Source: an uncultured Gemmatimonadales bacterium (GTDB lineage Bacteria; Gemmatimonadota; Gemmatimonadetes; Gemmatimonadales; GWC2-71-9). Taken from it: a DNA stretch of 64,000 nt. The translations under genes were made by a program, and so were the position numbers. This document shows, piece by piece, positions 32,258 to 45,017 of the stretch (position 1 is the stretch's first letter; every line of letters starts with the position of its first letter). The notes below the pieces were generated by a model that saw only the letters and a list, made by a program, of their open reading frames with translations, was not told the DNA's origin and searched no databases. The stretch covers positions 288,001-352,000 of the forward strand of contig CAWHFW010000005.1 of NCBI GenBank assembly GCA_963828735.1. Direction: 5' to 3'.

Positions 32258-33909
32258 CCGGCGCTGCCGCGGTCCGCACCCACGGCGAAGACCACGGCGC
32301 TCACCAGCATCAGGACCACGCCGTAGGCGGCCGCGACGCCCACGTCCGATTGCCGGAGGCTGGAGAGAATCTCGAGCGAGATCGGACGGGTGTCGTACGT
32401 ATAGAGCATGATCGAGGTCACGAAATCTCCGAGCGCCGTGACGAAGGCGAGGCTCGCCCCAGCCAGCAAGGCCGGTCGGAGGAGCGGCAAAGTGATCCGG
32501 CGAAGGGTTCGAGCCCGGCCCGCCCCGAGCGACGCGGCCGCCTCGTCGAGCGAGGGATCGAGAGCGCGAACGCCGGCCAGGATGGCGCGGCTGGTGATCG
32601 GTAGATTCCGTACGAGATATGCGAGTGGAAGGATCCAGAGCGTGCCGACCAGGATCACACGACCGGCCCAGGGCGCCCGCACGCTGAAGGCGGTGGCCAG
32701 CGCGATCGCGAACACGGTGCCGGGTACCGCCCACGGCAGCGCGAGCAGCGTTTCGATGGCTCGTCCGCCGCGGACCCGGCTCCGCGCGCTGACGAGCGCG
32801 CCCGCGAGCGCGATCGCCACGGCCGCGGCTGTCGCGACGGCCGCGAGCCAGAGGCTGTTGACGAGCGGCCGGGCGCGAACCGGGTCCTGCACCAGCGTCA
32901 GATAGTTCCGAAGGGTGTAGGCTGGGGGAAACGGCTCCGTGGTCCAGGTGCCGATCGGCACCAGCGAGACGAGCAGCAGGGTGAGATGCGGCAGCAGGAG
33001 AATGGCCGCTAGCCCCCACCCGAGGACCGCGAGCGCGAGACGCGTGCCCCGATGTCGTACCGGTATCCGCGCGGGACCGGCGCCCTTCCGTCCGCCCGCC
33101 GCATCCACCATCCGCGTCCCCCGGAAGAGCCAGAGCGCGGCCAGCGCAAGCAAGGTCAGCGAGATGGTTTCCACCATCGCGAGCCCGTCGTCGCCGTTGA
33201 GGCGCGTGGCGACGATCTGCGTCGGCATCACGCGAAAGCCGCCGCCGAAGATGTATGGCGCGCTGAACGACGCCAGCGAGGTCATGAACGTGAGGAGCGC
33301 AGCCCCGCCGAGCGCGGGACGGAGCTGGGGCAACACGATCCGCCAGAGCGTCCGCCAGCGGCCCGCCCCAAGGCTGGCCGCCGCTTCCAGGAGGGAGCCG
33401 TCGAAGGACTGGAGCGCCGCGCGGACGAAGAGATAGAAGTAGACGTACATCGAGTAGGCGTGCACCAGCAGGATCGCCCCCGCGCCCTGGAGCCGCCACG
33501 GCGGGTCGGTCAGGCCCAGGATGCGCTGCACGAGCAGCGAGGCGAAGCCCGTCTCGCCGTAGAGGAACAGGAACGCGAGGACCCCGACGAGCGGCGGGAG
33601 CACCGCCGGCAGGGCCACGAGGCCGCCCAGGATTCGTCCGGCCGGCAGCTCGTAGCGAGCGAACAGGAATGCCAGCGGGATACCGATGGCCCCGGCCAGC
33701 AGTACGCTGACCACCGAGATCCAGAGACTCCCCCACAGCGCCTGCCATTCGGTGGGCCGCGCGAGGAAGGCCCGCACGAACCGGAGCGTCCAGCCGCCGG
33801 GCTCGCGCACGCCTTCGACCAGCACCAGCACCAGCGGGTACGCCACCAGCCAGACCAGGACCAGGAGCAGCAGCGCCGCCAGCACGCGCACCCGCCAGGA
33901 CCCGGTCAT
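32254..33909 (-). CDS. ABC transporter permease, Fe3+/thiamine-type with two fused TM domains
   Basis: Two EAAASLGA (EAA) loops; ATGA overlaps on both sides. Confidence 0.92.
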   Translation of the reverse strand: MTGSWRVRVLAALLLLVLVWLVAYPLVLVLVEGVREPGGWTLRFVRAFLARPTEWQALWGSLWISVVSVLLAGAIGIPLAFLFARYELPAGRILGGLVALPAVLPPLVGVLAFLFLYGETGFASLLVQRILGLTDPPWRLQGAGAILLVHAYSMYVYFYLFVRAALQSFDGSLLEAAASLGAGRWRTLWRIVLPQLRPALGGAALLTFMTSLASFSAPYIFGGGFRVMPTQIVATRLNGDDGLAMVETISLTLLALAALWLFRGTRMVDAAGGRKGAGPARIPVRHRGTRLALAVLGWGLAAILLLPHLTLLLVSLVPIGTWTTEPFPPAYTLRNYLTLVQDPVRARPLVNSLWLAAVATAAAVAIALAGALVSARSRVRGGRAIETLLALPWAVPGTVFAIALATAFSVRAPWAGRVILVGTLWILPLAYLVRNLPITSRAILAGVRALDPSLDEAAASLGAGRARTLRRITLPLLRPALLAGASLAFVTALGDFVTSIMLYTYDTRPISLEILSSLRQSDVGVAAAYGVVLMLVSAVVFAVGADRGSAG

Positions 33910-34982
33910 GCCCCGTTCGCCGGAAACAGGTGGATGCCGCCGCCGACCCGCCGGCTCGGCATGAGTCCGACCCGCGCGCCCGCGGGCACGGCCTGCGGTG
34001 GCGCGACGACCTCCAGCACCGCCCCACCATCGGTGCGGACCGTGTAGACCGCGGAAGGGCCGACGAAGCGGCGGGACGTAACGGTCGCCGGAATGGCGCC
34101 GGGATCGGGCGGCGTGAGCCGGAGGGCTTCGGGACGGACCAGCATCACCGCTCGACCGGCCGCGGGCATCGGCACCCCGGGTATCGCGTCCACGTCCCAC
34201 TCGACGCCCTCGACCGCGACACGGATGCCGCGCGCCGAGGCCCCGAGCACCGTCACCTCCGCGCTGGTGGAGCGACCCACGAACCCGGCGACGAACACGT
34301 TGGCCGGCGCGCCGTAGAGCTCGTCGGGGGTGCCCACCTGCTCGAGCCGCCCCCCGCGCATGACGGCGACGCGGTCGCCCAGCTCGAAGGCCTCGTCCTG
34401 CTCGTGGGTCACCAGGACGGTCGTGATGCCGACGCGGTGGATGACGTCGCGGATCTCCCGGCGGGTCCGCTCGCGCAGGGTCGGGTCGAGGTTGGACAGG
34501 GGCTCGTCCAGCAGCAGCACCCGCGGCTCGGGCGCGAGTGCGCGCGCGAGGGCGACGCGCTGCTGCTGGCCCCCTGAGAGCTGCGCGATACGGCGCGGTC
34601 CGAACCCCGCCAGGTCCACCAGGGCGAGCGCCCGGTCTACCCGCCGATCGAGCTCGGCGTCAGGCACGCCGAGCGACTCGAGGCCGAAGGCCACGTTCGA
34701 GCGAACGTCGAGATGGGGGAACAGGGCGTAGTGCTGGAATACCATGCCGAAGCGGCGGGAGACCGGCGCCACCCGGGTGACGTCCTCGCCGTCCACCACG
34801 ACCCGACCTTGGTCCGGCGCCTCGAACCCGGCCAGCAGCCGGAGCGTCGTCGTCTTTCCGCTCCCGCTCGGGCCGAGCAACGCCAGCATCTCGCCGCGCT
34901 CGAGCGCCAGGGACAGCCGGTCGACCGCCACGGTCCCGTCGAACCGCTTCACCAGCCCCTCGAGCCGGAGGAAGCCGCTCAT
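33906..34982 (-). CDS. ABC transporter ATP-binding protein (PotA/FbpC-like, TOBE domain)
   Basis: GPSGSGKT, LSGGQQQR, LLLDEP, VTH. Confidence 0.94.
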   Translation of the reverse strand: MSGFLRLEGLVKRFDGTVAVDRLSLALERGEMLALLGPSGSGKTTTLRLLAGFEAPDQGRVVVDGEDVTRVAPVSRRFGMVFQHYALFPHLDVRSNVAFGLESLGVPDAELDRRVDRALALVDLAGFGPRRIAQLSGGQQQRVALARALAPEPRVLLLDEPLSNLDPTLRERTRREIRDVIHRVGITTVLVTHEQDEAFELGDRVAVMRGGRLEQVGTPDELYGAPANVFVAGFVGRSTSAEVTVLGASARGIRVAVEGVEWDVDAIPGVPMPAAGRAVMLVRPEALRLTPPDPGAIPATVTSRRFVGPSAVYTVRTDGGAVLEVVAPPQAVPAGARVGLMPSRRVGGGIHLFPANGA

Positions 34983-36079
34983 CGCGCGGCTCGCCGCCCG
35001 GTGCCGCGAACGTGCTGGTCCCAGTAGCTCATCCAAGCCGGCCCCTCTTGCGCCAGCCGGTCCCAATCCACATCCGCGACGACCATCTCGCGCTCGACCT
35101 CTTCCACCCATGCCGGCAGCCGCTCGCGGGGCAGATCGTGGCGCGCCGGAAGCCGGTACACCCGGGACGCGGCAAGCAACTGGCCTTCCTCGCTGCCCAC
35201 GAAGTCGATGAAGGCGCGCGCCGCGGCGGGATGCCGGCTCCCACGCACCAGGCCGATCGCGTCGTCGATCACCACGGTGCCGCTCCGCGGAAAGGTGTAG
35301 TCGAACGGCATGCCCTTCGACCGGCTGATGAGCACATCGGGGAGATCCCAGAGCGTCACCAGGCCCTCGCCACGCGCGAGTCGGGCATCGAGGATCGCAG
35401 GGTTCAGGGCGTAGGCCTTGGTCTGGCCGTCGAGGTGCCGCAGCCACGCCATGCCGTCGGCCGTGTCGCCGGTACGGCGAAGACTGCGCTCGATGATCAG
35501 GCCCCAGATCGCCCGCATCGTCCCGCTCGCCATCGGGTCCCGGATGAGCACCCGGTCGAACCAGCGGGGCGCGAGCACTTCGTCCCAGTCGGTGGGTGCC
35601 TGATCACGGGCCACGAGGCGGCTGTTGAAGACGATCACCGCCGGCGTTCGGTACGCGGGATAGTACAGGTCGTTCGGACCGATCCCGCGCGGCCCCACAT
35701 CGGCGGCCCAGGTCGGATGGTACGGCGCCAGGAGAGAATCGGCTACGCCGCGATCGAAGATCGTGGTCGGGCCGCCGAACCACACGTCGGCCTGCGGATT
35801 CACGCGCTCGAATCGGAGCCGATCGAGGATCTCCTGCGATCCCATGTCGAGCCAGCGTACGTCGATGTCGGGATGAGTCCGCTCGAAGGCCTGCTCCAGC
35901 AGGGTGAGCTGGTCGCGCCCGTGTGGCGAGTAGACGACGACAGGCGTGCGCGCGTCGGAGTCGCAGGACAGGATGCCAAGGAGCGCGAGGCCGGACAGCG
36001 CGCGCCATGGCCGCCGCACGCGCCGCGCGGGCGGGCGACATGCCGCCACCCTGGCCGCGTCCTCCGGCCCCGCCGTCAT
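34979..36079 (-). CDS. ABC substrate-binding lipoprotein (FbpA/AfuA-like)
   Basis: LGILSC lipobox; PQADVWFGG, DPMASGT, AARAFIDF. The exact start is uncertain. Confidence 0.88.
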   Translation of the reverse strand: MTAGPEDAARVAACRPPARRVRRPWRALSGLALLGILSCDSDARTPVVVYSPHGRDQLTLLEQAFERTHPDIDVRWLDMGSQEILDRLRFERVNPQADVWFGGPTTIFDRGVADSLLAPYHPTWAADVGPRGIGPNDLYYPAYRTPAVIVFNSRLVARDQAPTDWDEVLAPRWFDRVLIRDPMASGTMRAIWGLIIERSLRRTGDTADGMAWLRHLDGQTKAYALNPAILDARLARGEGLVTLWDLPDVLISRSKGMPFDYTFPRSGTVVIDDAIGLVRGSRHPAAARAFIDFVGSEEGQLLAASRVYRLPARHDLPRERLPAWVEEVEREMVVADVDWDRLAQEGPAWMSYWDQHVRGTGRRAAR

Positions 36080-38562
36080 TTCGCCAGCGCGAGCAGGTTG
36101 GCGAACAGGCGGAATGCGCCCGGCACGCCCGAGGGTAGCTGGCGGAAGAAGCTGAGTCCGGTGTAGACGTACGTTCCCTGCCCCACGTGAGCGAGAAGCA
36201 AGCCGCCTTCGAGCGGCGCATCGCCCGGGTCGTGCGTTTCTAGCAGGGGGCGATAGGCCGGATCCCAGCTTCGCGCGAAGTAGAGCCCGCGCTCCTGGAT
36301 CCACCCGCGCCAGTCCTGCTCCGTGATGCGATTGGGCGCGCGAAATACTGGATCCGACGGCGCGAGGATCCGGACCGGCGCGGTTTCATCGGTCACGCGG
36401 TCATGGCCCACCGGCGCGCCACCGGGCGTGAGCGAGGGACCCCCGACGGTGAGTGGGTAGGGAGCGAAGCCGCCGTTGAAATACGGCTGCTGCTGGTACT
36501 GCACGATGACGACCCCGCCTCGCCGCGCGTATGCCACCAGGCGCCCGTTCGCCTCGACCAGCGCCGAGTCGGTCTCGTAGGCGCGCGGCCCGACGACGAT
36601 GGCGTCGAACCGCGACAGGTCGCCGCGCTCGATGGTCCCGCCGTCCAGCACGCTCACCGGCAGCCCCGCCTCGATCAGCGCCTCGGGCACACGGTCCGCC
36701 GCGCCCCGGACGTAGCCGATCCTGGTGAGGGCCGGCCAAGCCAGCTGCGCCATCCGCACCGTGGCCGCCGCGGGACGCACCAGCGATCGCGGGCGGATGT
36801 GCGGATAGTCCACGGTCACGAGCCCCGTCTCGTACCTGCGTCCGCTCGCGTCCCGAGCGACCGCCCGGACCTGGACCGTCCCCTGCACCGGCGCGACGGG
36901 CGGCCGGACGTCGAACGAGTATGTCTCGCGCTCGTCCTCGTGCTCGAGCCGGAACGACTGCGGCGTGACGGCCGTCCAGCCCGCAGGAAGCTCGAGGGTC
37001 AGCGTGCCCGTGGTCGTATCACGGGCTCCGTGGGCCAGGGTAACCGTGAACCGCCGGGCCTTGCGGGAGCCGGCGGACCACACGGCCGTCCCCGGATCGA
37101 GCGCCACGTCCACGCGCGGCACGACCGCGAGCGGGCGCCGCACCTCACCGCGCGCCTGATCGTTGAGTCGGTAGCTGACCTCGCGCTCGACGACCGCGGT
37201 GCCGTCCAGCACGAACCGGCCGGAGAGCTCCGGCGGACCGAACGGCTCGCCGCGCACAGAGGGCGCGGCCGCGCGCCAGTCGTACACCGCCGTATCGCCG
37301 CCGAGCAGGCGGAAATACGGGGCTGTCAGCGCCGCGTCCGGGCGGACGGTCGCCGTCACCTGCCTGGAGACCAGCGCGCCCGGCGCGAGACGCAGAGTCG
37401 CGGCGGTCGTGTCCGCATCGATGGCGCGCCCGGGGGCGAGCATGACGGCCACCGTGCGGGCGGAGAGGCCGGTGTTCCAGCACTCGATGACGACCGCGAG
37501 GCGCTGGCCGGGCGTGACGCGATCGTCGTCGCTCCTCGCGTCGCACACGACGCCGGCGGCGGCCACGATCGCGCGGTCGAGATGGGCCAGCTCGGTGGCC
37601 GGCACCTCCGATGACGCCCAGTGCCGCCGAAGCGTGAGCAGCGCGTCGACGTCCGCCGTCGGCCCGCGCGGAGCGGCGCTCGCCGCCTGCAGCGTGGTGT
37701 CGATCCCGGCGAACAGGTCGCCACCGCCACCCGTCCTGTCCTCGAGCAGGGCGAGCGGCACCCGCGAAGGGCCCAGCGCCTGAAGCCGCCCCATGTCCTG
37801 CGATCGGTGGAGACTTCGGCCCGCCATCGCGATCTGGTGATAGGAGAGCCCGACAGCCCGATCCAGCGCGCCACCCTCGAGCACCATGGTCGTGGCGGCG
37901 GAATCGAACCGCGTGCTGCGATAGAGCTTGCTCGGCGTCCATGGCGCGAGCCCCTCCTCGCGCGCCAGCTCCGGGAACCGCGTGCTGTCGCCGGCGGCCC
38001 GAAAGGCCTCCATCGCCGCCCAGCCCGCGGCCTGATGCTGTCCGTGGCCGTCCCGCGGCGTGCCGCTGAACACGGAGACGATGATCTGCGGACGGAACCG
38101 GCGGACGATGCGCACCACGTCCTTGAGGATGGTGTCCCGTGGCCAGTGGGTCCACGTCTCGTCGAGGGTCTTGGAGTAGCCGAAATCGTACGCACGAGTG
38201 AAGTACTGGCGTGCTCCGTCCAGCCGCCGCGCCGCGAGCAGCTCTTCGGACCGGAGCAGGCCGAGGGCCTCGCCGAGCTCGGGACCGATCAGGTTCTGCC
38301 CGCCCTCGCCCCGGTTGAGGGAGAGGTACGCGGCGTCCGCGCCCATCCCACGCACGAGGACGGTCAGGAGCTCAGTGTCCTCGTCATCGGGGTGCGCGCC
38401 GATCATGAGGACCCGCTCCTCGTGCCCCAGCATCCGGAGCTCGCGGTCGAGCGTGACCGCCCCGCCGGTGGACGGCGGCTCGAGCTGAGCCGAAGCAGTC
38501 GTGGAGGAAGTGATGCCGAGAAGAACAGAGGCTACCGCGAAGAAGAGCGAGCGCAGACGCAC
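36076..38562 (-). CDS. Exported PIG-L family deacetylase with NEW3-like and C-terminal glutamine-amidotransferase-like domains
   Basis: Signal peptide; AHPDDE, RGEGGQN, DFGYSK, HGQH; C-terminal ERGLYF, FFRQLP. Confidence 0.88.
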   Translation of the reverse strand: MRLRSLFFAVASVLLGITSSTTASAQLEPPSTGGAVTLDRELRMLGHEERVLMIGAHPDDEDTELLTVLVRGMGADAAYLSLNRGEGGQNLIGPELGEALGLLRSEELLAARRLDGARQYFTRAYDFGYSKTLDETWTHWPRDTILKDVVRIVRRFRPQIIVSVFSGTPRDGHGQHQAAGWAAMEAFRAAGDSTRFPELAREEGLAPWTPSKLYRSTRFDSAATTMVLEGGALDRAVGLSYHQIAMAGRSLHRSQDMGRLQALGPSRVPLALLEDRTGGGGDLFAGIDTTLQAASAAPRGPTADVDALLTLRRHWASSEVPATELAHLDRAIVAAAGVVCDARSDDDRVTPGQRLAVVIECWNTGLSARTVAVMLAPGRAIDADTTAATLRLAPGALVSRQVTATVRPDAALTAPYFRLLGGDTAVYDWRAAAPSVRGEPFGPPELSGRFVLDGTAVVEREVSYRLNDQARGEVRRPLAVVPRVDVALDPGTAVWSAGSRKARRFTVTLAHGARDTTTGTLTLELPAGWTAVTPQSFRLEHEDERETYSFDVRPPVAPVQGTVQVRAVARDASGRRYETGLVTVDYPHIRPRSLVRPAAATVRMAQLAWPALTRIGYVRGAADRVPEALIEAGLPVSVLDGGTIERGDLSRFDAIVVGPRAYETDSALVEANGRLVAYARRGGVVIVQYQQQPYFNGGFAPYPLTVGGPSLTPGGAPVGHDRVTDETAPVRILAPSDPVFRAPNRITEQDWRGWIQERGLYFARSWDPAYRPLLETHDPGDAPLEGGLLLAHVGQGTYVYTGLSFFRQLPSGVPGAFRLFANLLALAK

Positions 38563-38695
38563 AAACCCCGGCCGAGAGGGTGAGGGAGGAAGCTATACCT
38601 GTCCGGCGGGAAACGTGAGATGATCGGCGGAGGGAGCCAGGGCGGGGACGACGGACGAGGCTCGAGCGGCCCGCCCGTAGCCCCCTGCCAGGCGG

Positions 38696-39199
38696 CTATT
38701 GCATCGGCGCCGCGCCCAGCGGCGTGTTCCGGATCGACTCGCGGAACGCCGGGTGTCGCCGCCAGAGATAGAATGCCATACTGACGGCCGCCAGCGTATT
38801 GGCAGTCACGACCGCCCAGAACGGGAACAGCTCGTGTGTGCGTTCCGACAGGACCTCGAGAAAGCCGTAAAACAACACCTCGAAGACCAAGAACACCGGC
38901 AATAGGGCATACCGAACGACCGGATTCTCGACACCCCAGTGCACCAGGGCCACGAGACCCATCCCGATCAGCGCGAAGACGATGAAGTGGAATGCCGTGT
39001 AGAGGAGGATGGCGCCGAAAGCCAACTGGCTGTCGGGCGTCCGATCGCCCAGGAGGACCATTTGGCCGAGCAGGCTCGGCGTCTGGAAGGGATGGCCGGC
39101 AAGCGTGTCGAGCGCAAGGAACCAGACGGCCACCACGATTCCGCCGATCAGCCCTACATCTGTGCCCTCGCCGATGACCGAGTGACGGTTATCAGGCAT
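38696..39199 (-). CDS. Hypothetical 4-TM membrane protein, paralog of 39778-40335
   Basis: Hydrophobic helices; shares WFxxxDTxAGHPFxTP and YTxxH with its neighbour. Confidence 0.75.
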   Translation of the reverse strand: MPDNRHSVIGEGTDVGLIGGIVVAVWFLALDTLAGHPFQTPSLLGQMVLLGDRTPDSQLAFGAILLYTAFHFIVFALIGMGLVALVHWGVENPVVRYALLPVFLVFEVLFYGFLEVLSERTHELFPFWAVVTANTLAAVSMAFYLWRRHPAFRESIRNTPLGAAPMQ

Positions 39200-39416
39200 G
39201 CGCACCCCTATGAAAGCCCGGGCAGGTCATCCGCCGAGCCGGTGATCCGGCACTGCGCCCCGCGGGCCCGAAACCGCAGGCGCCGCCTTCTGAAGGCGTA
39301 CATTCACAGTGGGAAAGTCAGCGGCCGGGCGCAAGAGAGGACACCGTGCTGGACGTAAGGCCGATCTGGTCGTGCCCTCGCGCCAACCCAGCCAATTCAC
39401 CTCGAGGAGGATGCCC

Positions 39417-39776
39417 ATGCCAGAGCCCCGGAACGACCGGCGGATCGACTACATCGAGTTCCCGGTTCCGGACGTCGCGACAGCCAAGCAGTTCTATGGG
39501 ACGGTGTTCGGGTGGACCTTCACGGACTACGGCCCGGACTATACCAGCTTCGAGGACGGACGGTTGAGCGGGGGCTTTCGCGGGGGCGCGGCCGTGTTGG
39601 CGGGCGGTCCTCTCGTGGTCATCTACGCCGTCAATCTCGAGGTCATCGCCGCCGCAGTCCAGGCGGCCGGCGGCCGGATCACCCAACCGACGTTCGACTT
39701 TCCCGGGGGCCGCCGGTTTCATTTCGTCGACCCGAGCGGGCACGAGCTGGCCGTCTGGTCGGATCCGTTGCGCTAG
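39417..39776 (+). CDS. VOC/glyoxalase family protein
   Basis: IDYIEF...FYGTVFGW...FPGGRRFHFVDPSGHELAVWS; GAGGAGG SD. Confidence 0.92.
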   Translation: MPEPRNDRRIDYIEFPVPDVATAKQFYGTVFGWTFTDYGPDYTSFEDGRLSGGFRGGAAVLAGGPLVVIYAVNLEVIAAAVQAAGGRITQPTFDFPGGRRFHFVDPSGHELAVWSDPLR

Positions 39777-39777
39777 G

Positions 39778-40335
39778 TCACGCCGCGCGAGGCCGCTCCG
39801 GAGAACTCGTAGGGCGGGGCGGATGGGGCGGCGGAGGGATCTCCGAGCCCAGGGGGACCTCGTGCATGGATTGTACGAGCCCAGGGTGACGCGGCCACAG
39901 GAAGCCGGCCATGCCCAGCGCCCCGAGCAGGCTGCCGCTGATGACGGACCACGGCGAGAACCGCTCGCCGGACGCGGTCCCCAGCATGTACATCTCGCCC
40001 GCAAACAAGCCGAACGCGATCGTCAGCCCGATCCACACGCCCATCCGGAGCGCGGGATTCCGGGTGGCGAGGTGCACCAGGCACGAAAGCCCCATACCGA
40101 CCAGGATGAACGCCAGCACGTGGATCACCGTGTAGCCGATCACGGCCTCCGGGGCGATCCGTGTTGCCGAAGGAGCGAGGTCCCCTCGGAAGAAGATCTT
40201 CCCCAGGACGTTCGGCGTGTGGAACGGGTGCCCTGCCCCGGTGTCCACGATGAAGAACCACCCCGCCACAATGACCGCGCCGATGATGCCGGTGACCACT
40301 CCCTCACGAACCGTCGAATGCTCGCCCGCGCGCAT
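39778..40335 (-). CDS. Hypothetical 4-TM membrane protein, paralog of 38696-39199
   Basis: GGAGG upstream of ATG 40335; same motifs as the paralog. Confidence 0.75.
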   Translation of the reverse strand: MRAGEHSTVREGVVTGIIGAVIVAGWFFIVDTGAGHPFHTPNVLGKIFFRGDLAPSATRIAPEAVIGYTVIHVLAFILVGMGLSCLVHLATRNPALRMGVWIGLTIAFGLFAGEMYMLGTASGERFSPWSVISGSLLGALGMAGFLWPRHPGLVQSMHEVPLGSEIPPPPHPPRPTSSPERPRAA

Positions 40336-40412
40336 AGCCCTTCCCTCCGTCGATGCGGTTTTCGCCGCGGCTCCAGAGTGGGAGACATCGTGGCACCGGG
40401 ATGTGTCGGAGG

Positions 40413-40745
40413 TCACCGGGATCGGGCACGGTCCCCCTGGCACGCCTCGCAGGGGCACGCGGCCAGGAGACGCTCGAACGTGTAGATGCCGGTGTCGTGC
40501 CCGTCACTCCAGCGAATCTTGAGGCCATAGGTGCCCACCAGGGCGACGAACACGGGTCGAATGTCCATGGAAACGGTCGAAGGGTCGAGCAGGGGCCTAC
40601 CCGACATTTCCTCGACGCACGCCGCGCAGGGACAGGCCAGGCGCAACGGCCTCGCCGGATAGAGTGCCGCGTGCTCCCCCCGTACCCACTCGATGAGCAG
40701 CCCGTCGTCCTGTCGGGTGATGGCGTAGGGCATGGGGGTCGGCAT
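40413..40745 (-). CDS. DUF971 / GBBH-like N-terminal domain protein
   Basis: LRLACPCAAC, VGTYGLKIRWSDGHDTGIYTF, C-terminal CPCEAC. Confidence 0.88.
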   Translation of the reverse strand: MPTPMPYAITRQDDGLLIEWVRGEHAALYPARPLRLACPCAACVEEMSGRPLLDPSTVSMDIRPVFVALVGTYGLKIRWSDGHDTGIYTFERLLAACPCEACQGDRARSR

Positions 40746-40809
40746 CGGCGCTCCGGCGGAAGATGGTAGATGGATAGTATATTGCGCCTGACTACAACCA
40801 TCACGGAAC

Positions 40810-43635
<2,826 letters not shown>

Positions 43636-43707
43636 CGGGTCCGGACAGGGGCATGCCCGCCCCGTCGTCCGGGGTAGGATGTCCCGGCACCGTCACCAGA
43701 CCAAGCA

Positions 43708-43741
43708 AAACGCCCCCCGAACTGCTGTTCGGGGGGCGTTT
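43708..43741. terminator. Bidirectional intrinsic terminator between acnA and the sigma factor
   Basis: AAACGCCCCCCGAAC-TGCT-GTTCGGGGGGCGTTT. Confidence 0.8.
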
Positions 43742-43761
43742 CATCAGCTGGGTCTGGCGAA

Positions 43762-44655
43762 TCAGGCCACGAGATCCCGCAGTCGATCGCCGGTCTCGCC
43801 TTCGCGAAGGCGGAGGAGGGCCCGGTCCCGGAGCTGACGGATCCGCTCGCGGGTGACACCCATCATCCGACCGATCTCCTCGAGCGTGCGACTGTTTCCG
43901 TCGTCGAGACCGAAGTAGAGCCGCAGCACCTTGGCATCCCGCGGCGGCAGCGCGGCGAGCGCGGCCTCGATGTCGCGAGTCTGGCTGTTCGCCATGGTGC
44001 TCATGTCGGTGCTTTCCTGCTCACCGCTCGTGAACCGCTCGATCCGCTCGTTCCCCTCGCCGTCGCGCGTCGGGTGGTCGAGGCGTACGGCCTCGGAGTT
44101 GAGCGCGCTCAGCGACCGGACTGCCTCGACCGTGAGGCCGGTAGCACGGGCCAGCTCCTCGGTGGTCGGCATGCGGCCGAGCTTGTCCTTGAGGAGCGTC
44201 GTGGTGCGGCCGAGGCGGCTCAGATCCGCGGTGCGGTTGAGCGGCACCCGAACGGGACGACCGTGACGTGCGATGGCGGCCTGCACCGCCTGGCGGATCC
44301 ACCAGACGGCGTACGAGATGAACTTGACGCCGCGGTCGGGGTCGAACTTCCGAGCGGCCGTCATGAGCCCGAGGTTCCCCTCGCCGATCAGGTCGACGAG
44401 CGGCACACCACGGTTCTGGAACTTCTTGGCCACCGAGACGACGAACCGGACGTTGTGGCGTGCCAGCTTCTCCTGGGCGGCCACGTTGCCCTTGAACGCC
44501 TTCCGCGCGAGCTCCATCTCCTCCTCACGATTGAGGAGGGGCACCCGGCTGATCTCGTCGAGATACAGGTCCAGGCTTTCACGGCCTTCATCAATTGCAC
44601 GAGCGATCTGCGCCGGTCGCACCGGGCGACGCTTGCCACGTGCCTTCATCGTCAC
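43762..44655 (-). CDS. Sigma70-family (RpoD/RpoS-like) factor lacking region 1.1
   Basis: YLDEI, DLIGEGNLGL, KFISYAVWWIRQ, TLEEIG...TRERIRQ; GTG start 8 nt after GAGGAGG. Confidence 0.93.
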   Translation of the reverse strand: MTMKARGKRRPVRPAQIARAIDEGRESLDLYLDEISRVPLLNREEEMELARKAFKGNVAAQEKLARHNVRFVVSVAKKFQNRGVPLVDLIGEGNLGLMTAARKFDPDRGVKFISYAVWWIRQAVQAAIARHGRPVRVPLNRTADLSRLGRTTTLLKDKLGRMPTTEELARATGLTVEAVRSLSALNSEAVRLDHPTRDGEGNERIERFTSGEQESTDMSTMANSQTRDIEAALAALPPRDAKVLRLYFGLDDGNSRTLEEIGRMMGVTRERIRQLRDRALLRLREGETGDRLRDLVA

Positions 44656-44723
44656 GCTGTTGACCTCCTCAGGACTCCCGTCCCCGCAGGTATACCAGCA
44701 AGGAAACTGGGACCGACTGGTTT

Positions 44724-44780
44724 TAAGACGGGCCAATATACCGTCTAAGATGCCTAAAATCAACACCTTAGGCTAAGACG
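44724..44780 (-). promoter_or_regulatory. Promoter of the sigma factor gene with an IHF-consensus site and repeats
   Basis: Minus-strand TTGATT-17-TATATT; AATCAACACCTTA (44758-70) fits WATCAANNNNTTR. Confidence 0.6.
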
Positions 44781-45017
44781 TGACAGGAAGCATAGTTGCG
44801 CGGACGCAACGGACGGGGTACCGCCGGATTACAGAACGGGGTCGGGAGGCTGCGGGTTTGGCAGTCCTTACTGGCAGATCACGGAATCGGCCGGAGGGCA
44901 CAAAGCGTAGTCTGTATAGCTACTCCGTGATACCCCTCCTTCTGGCCGCGTGAGTCACGAACGACGCCGCCCCGGTCACTGGTGACGCCGAGGCGGTCAT
45001 CGAGCAGGCCATTCAAG

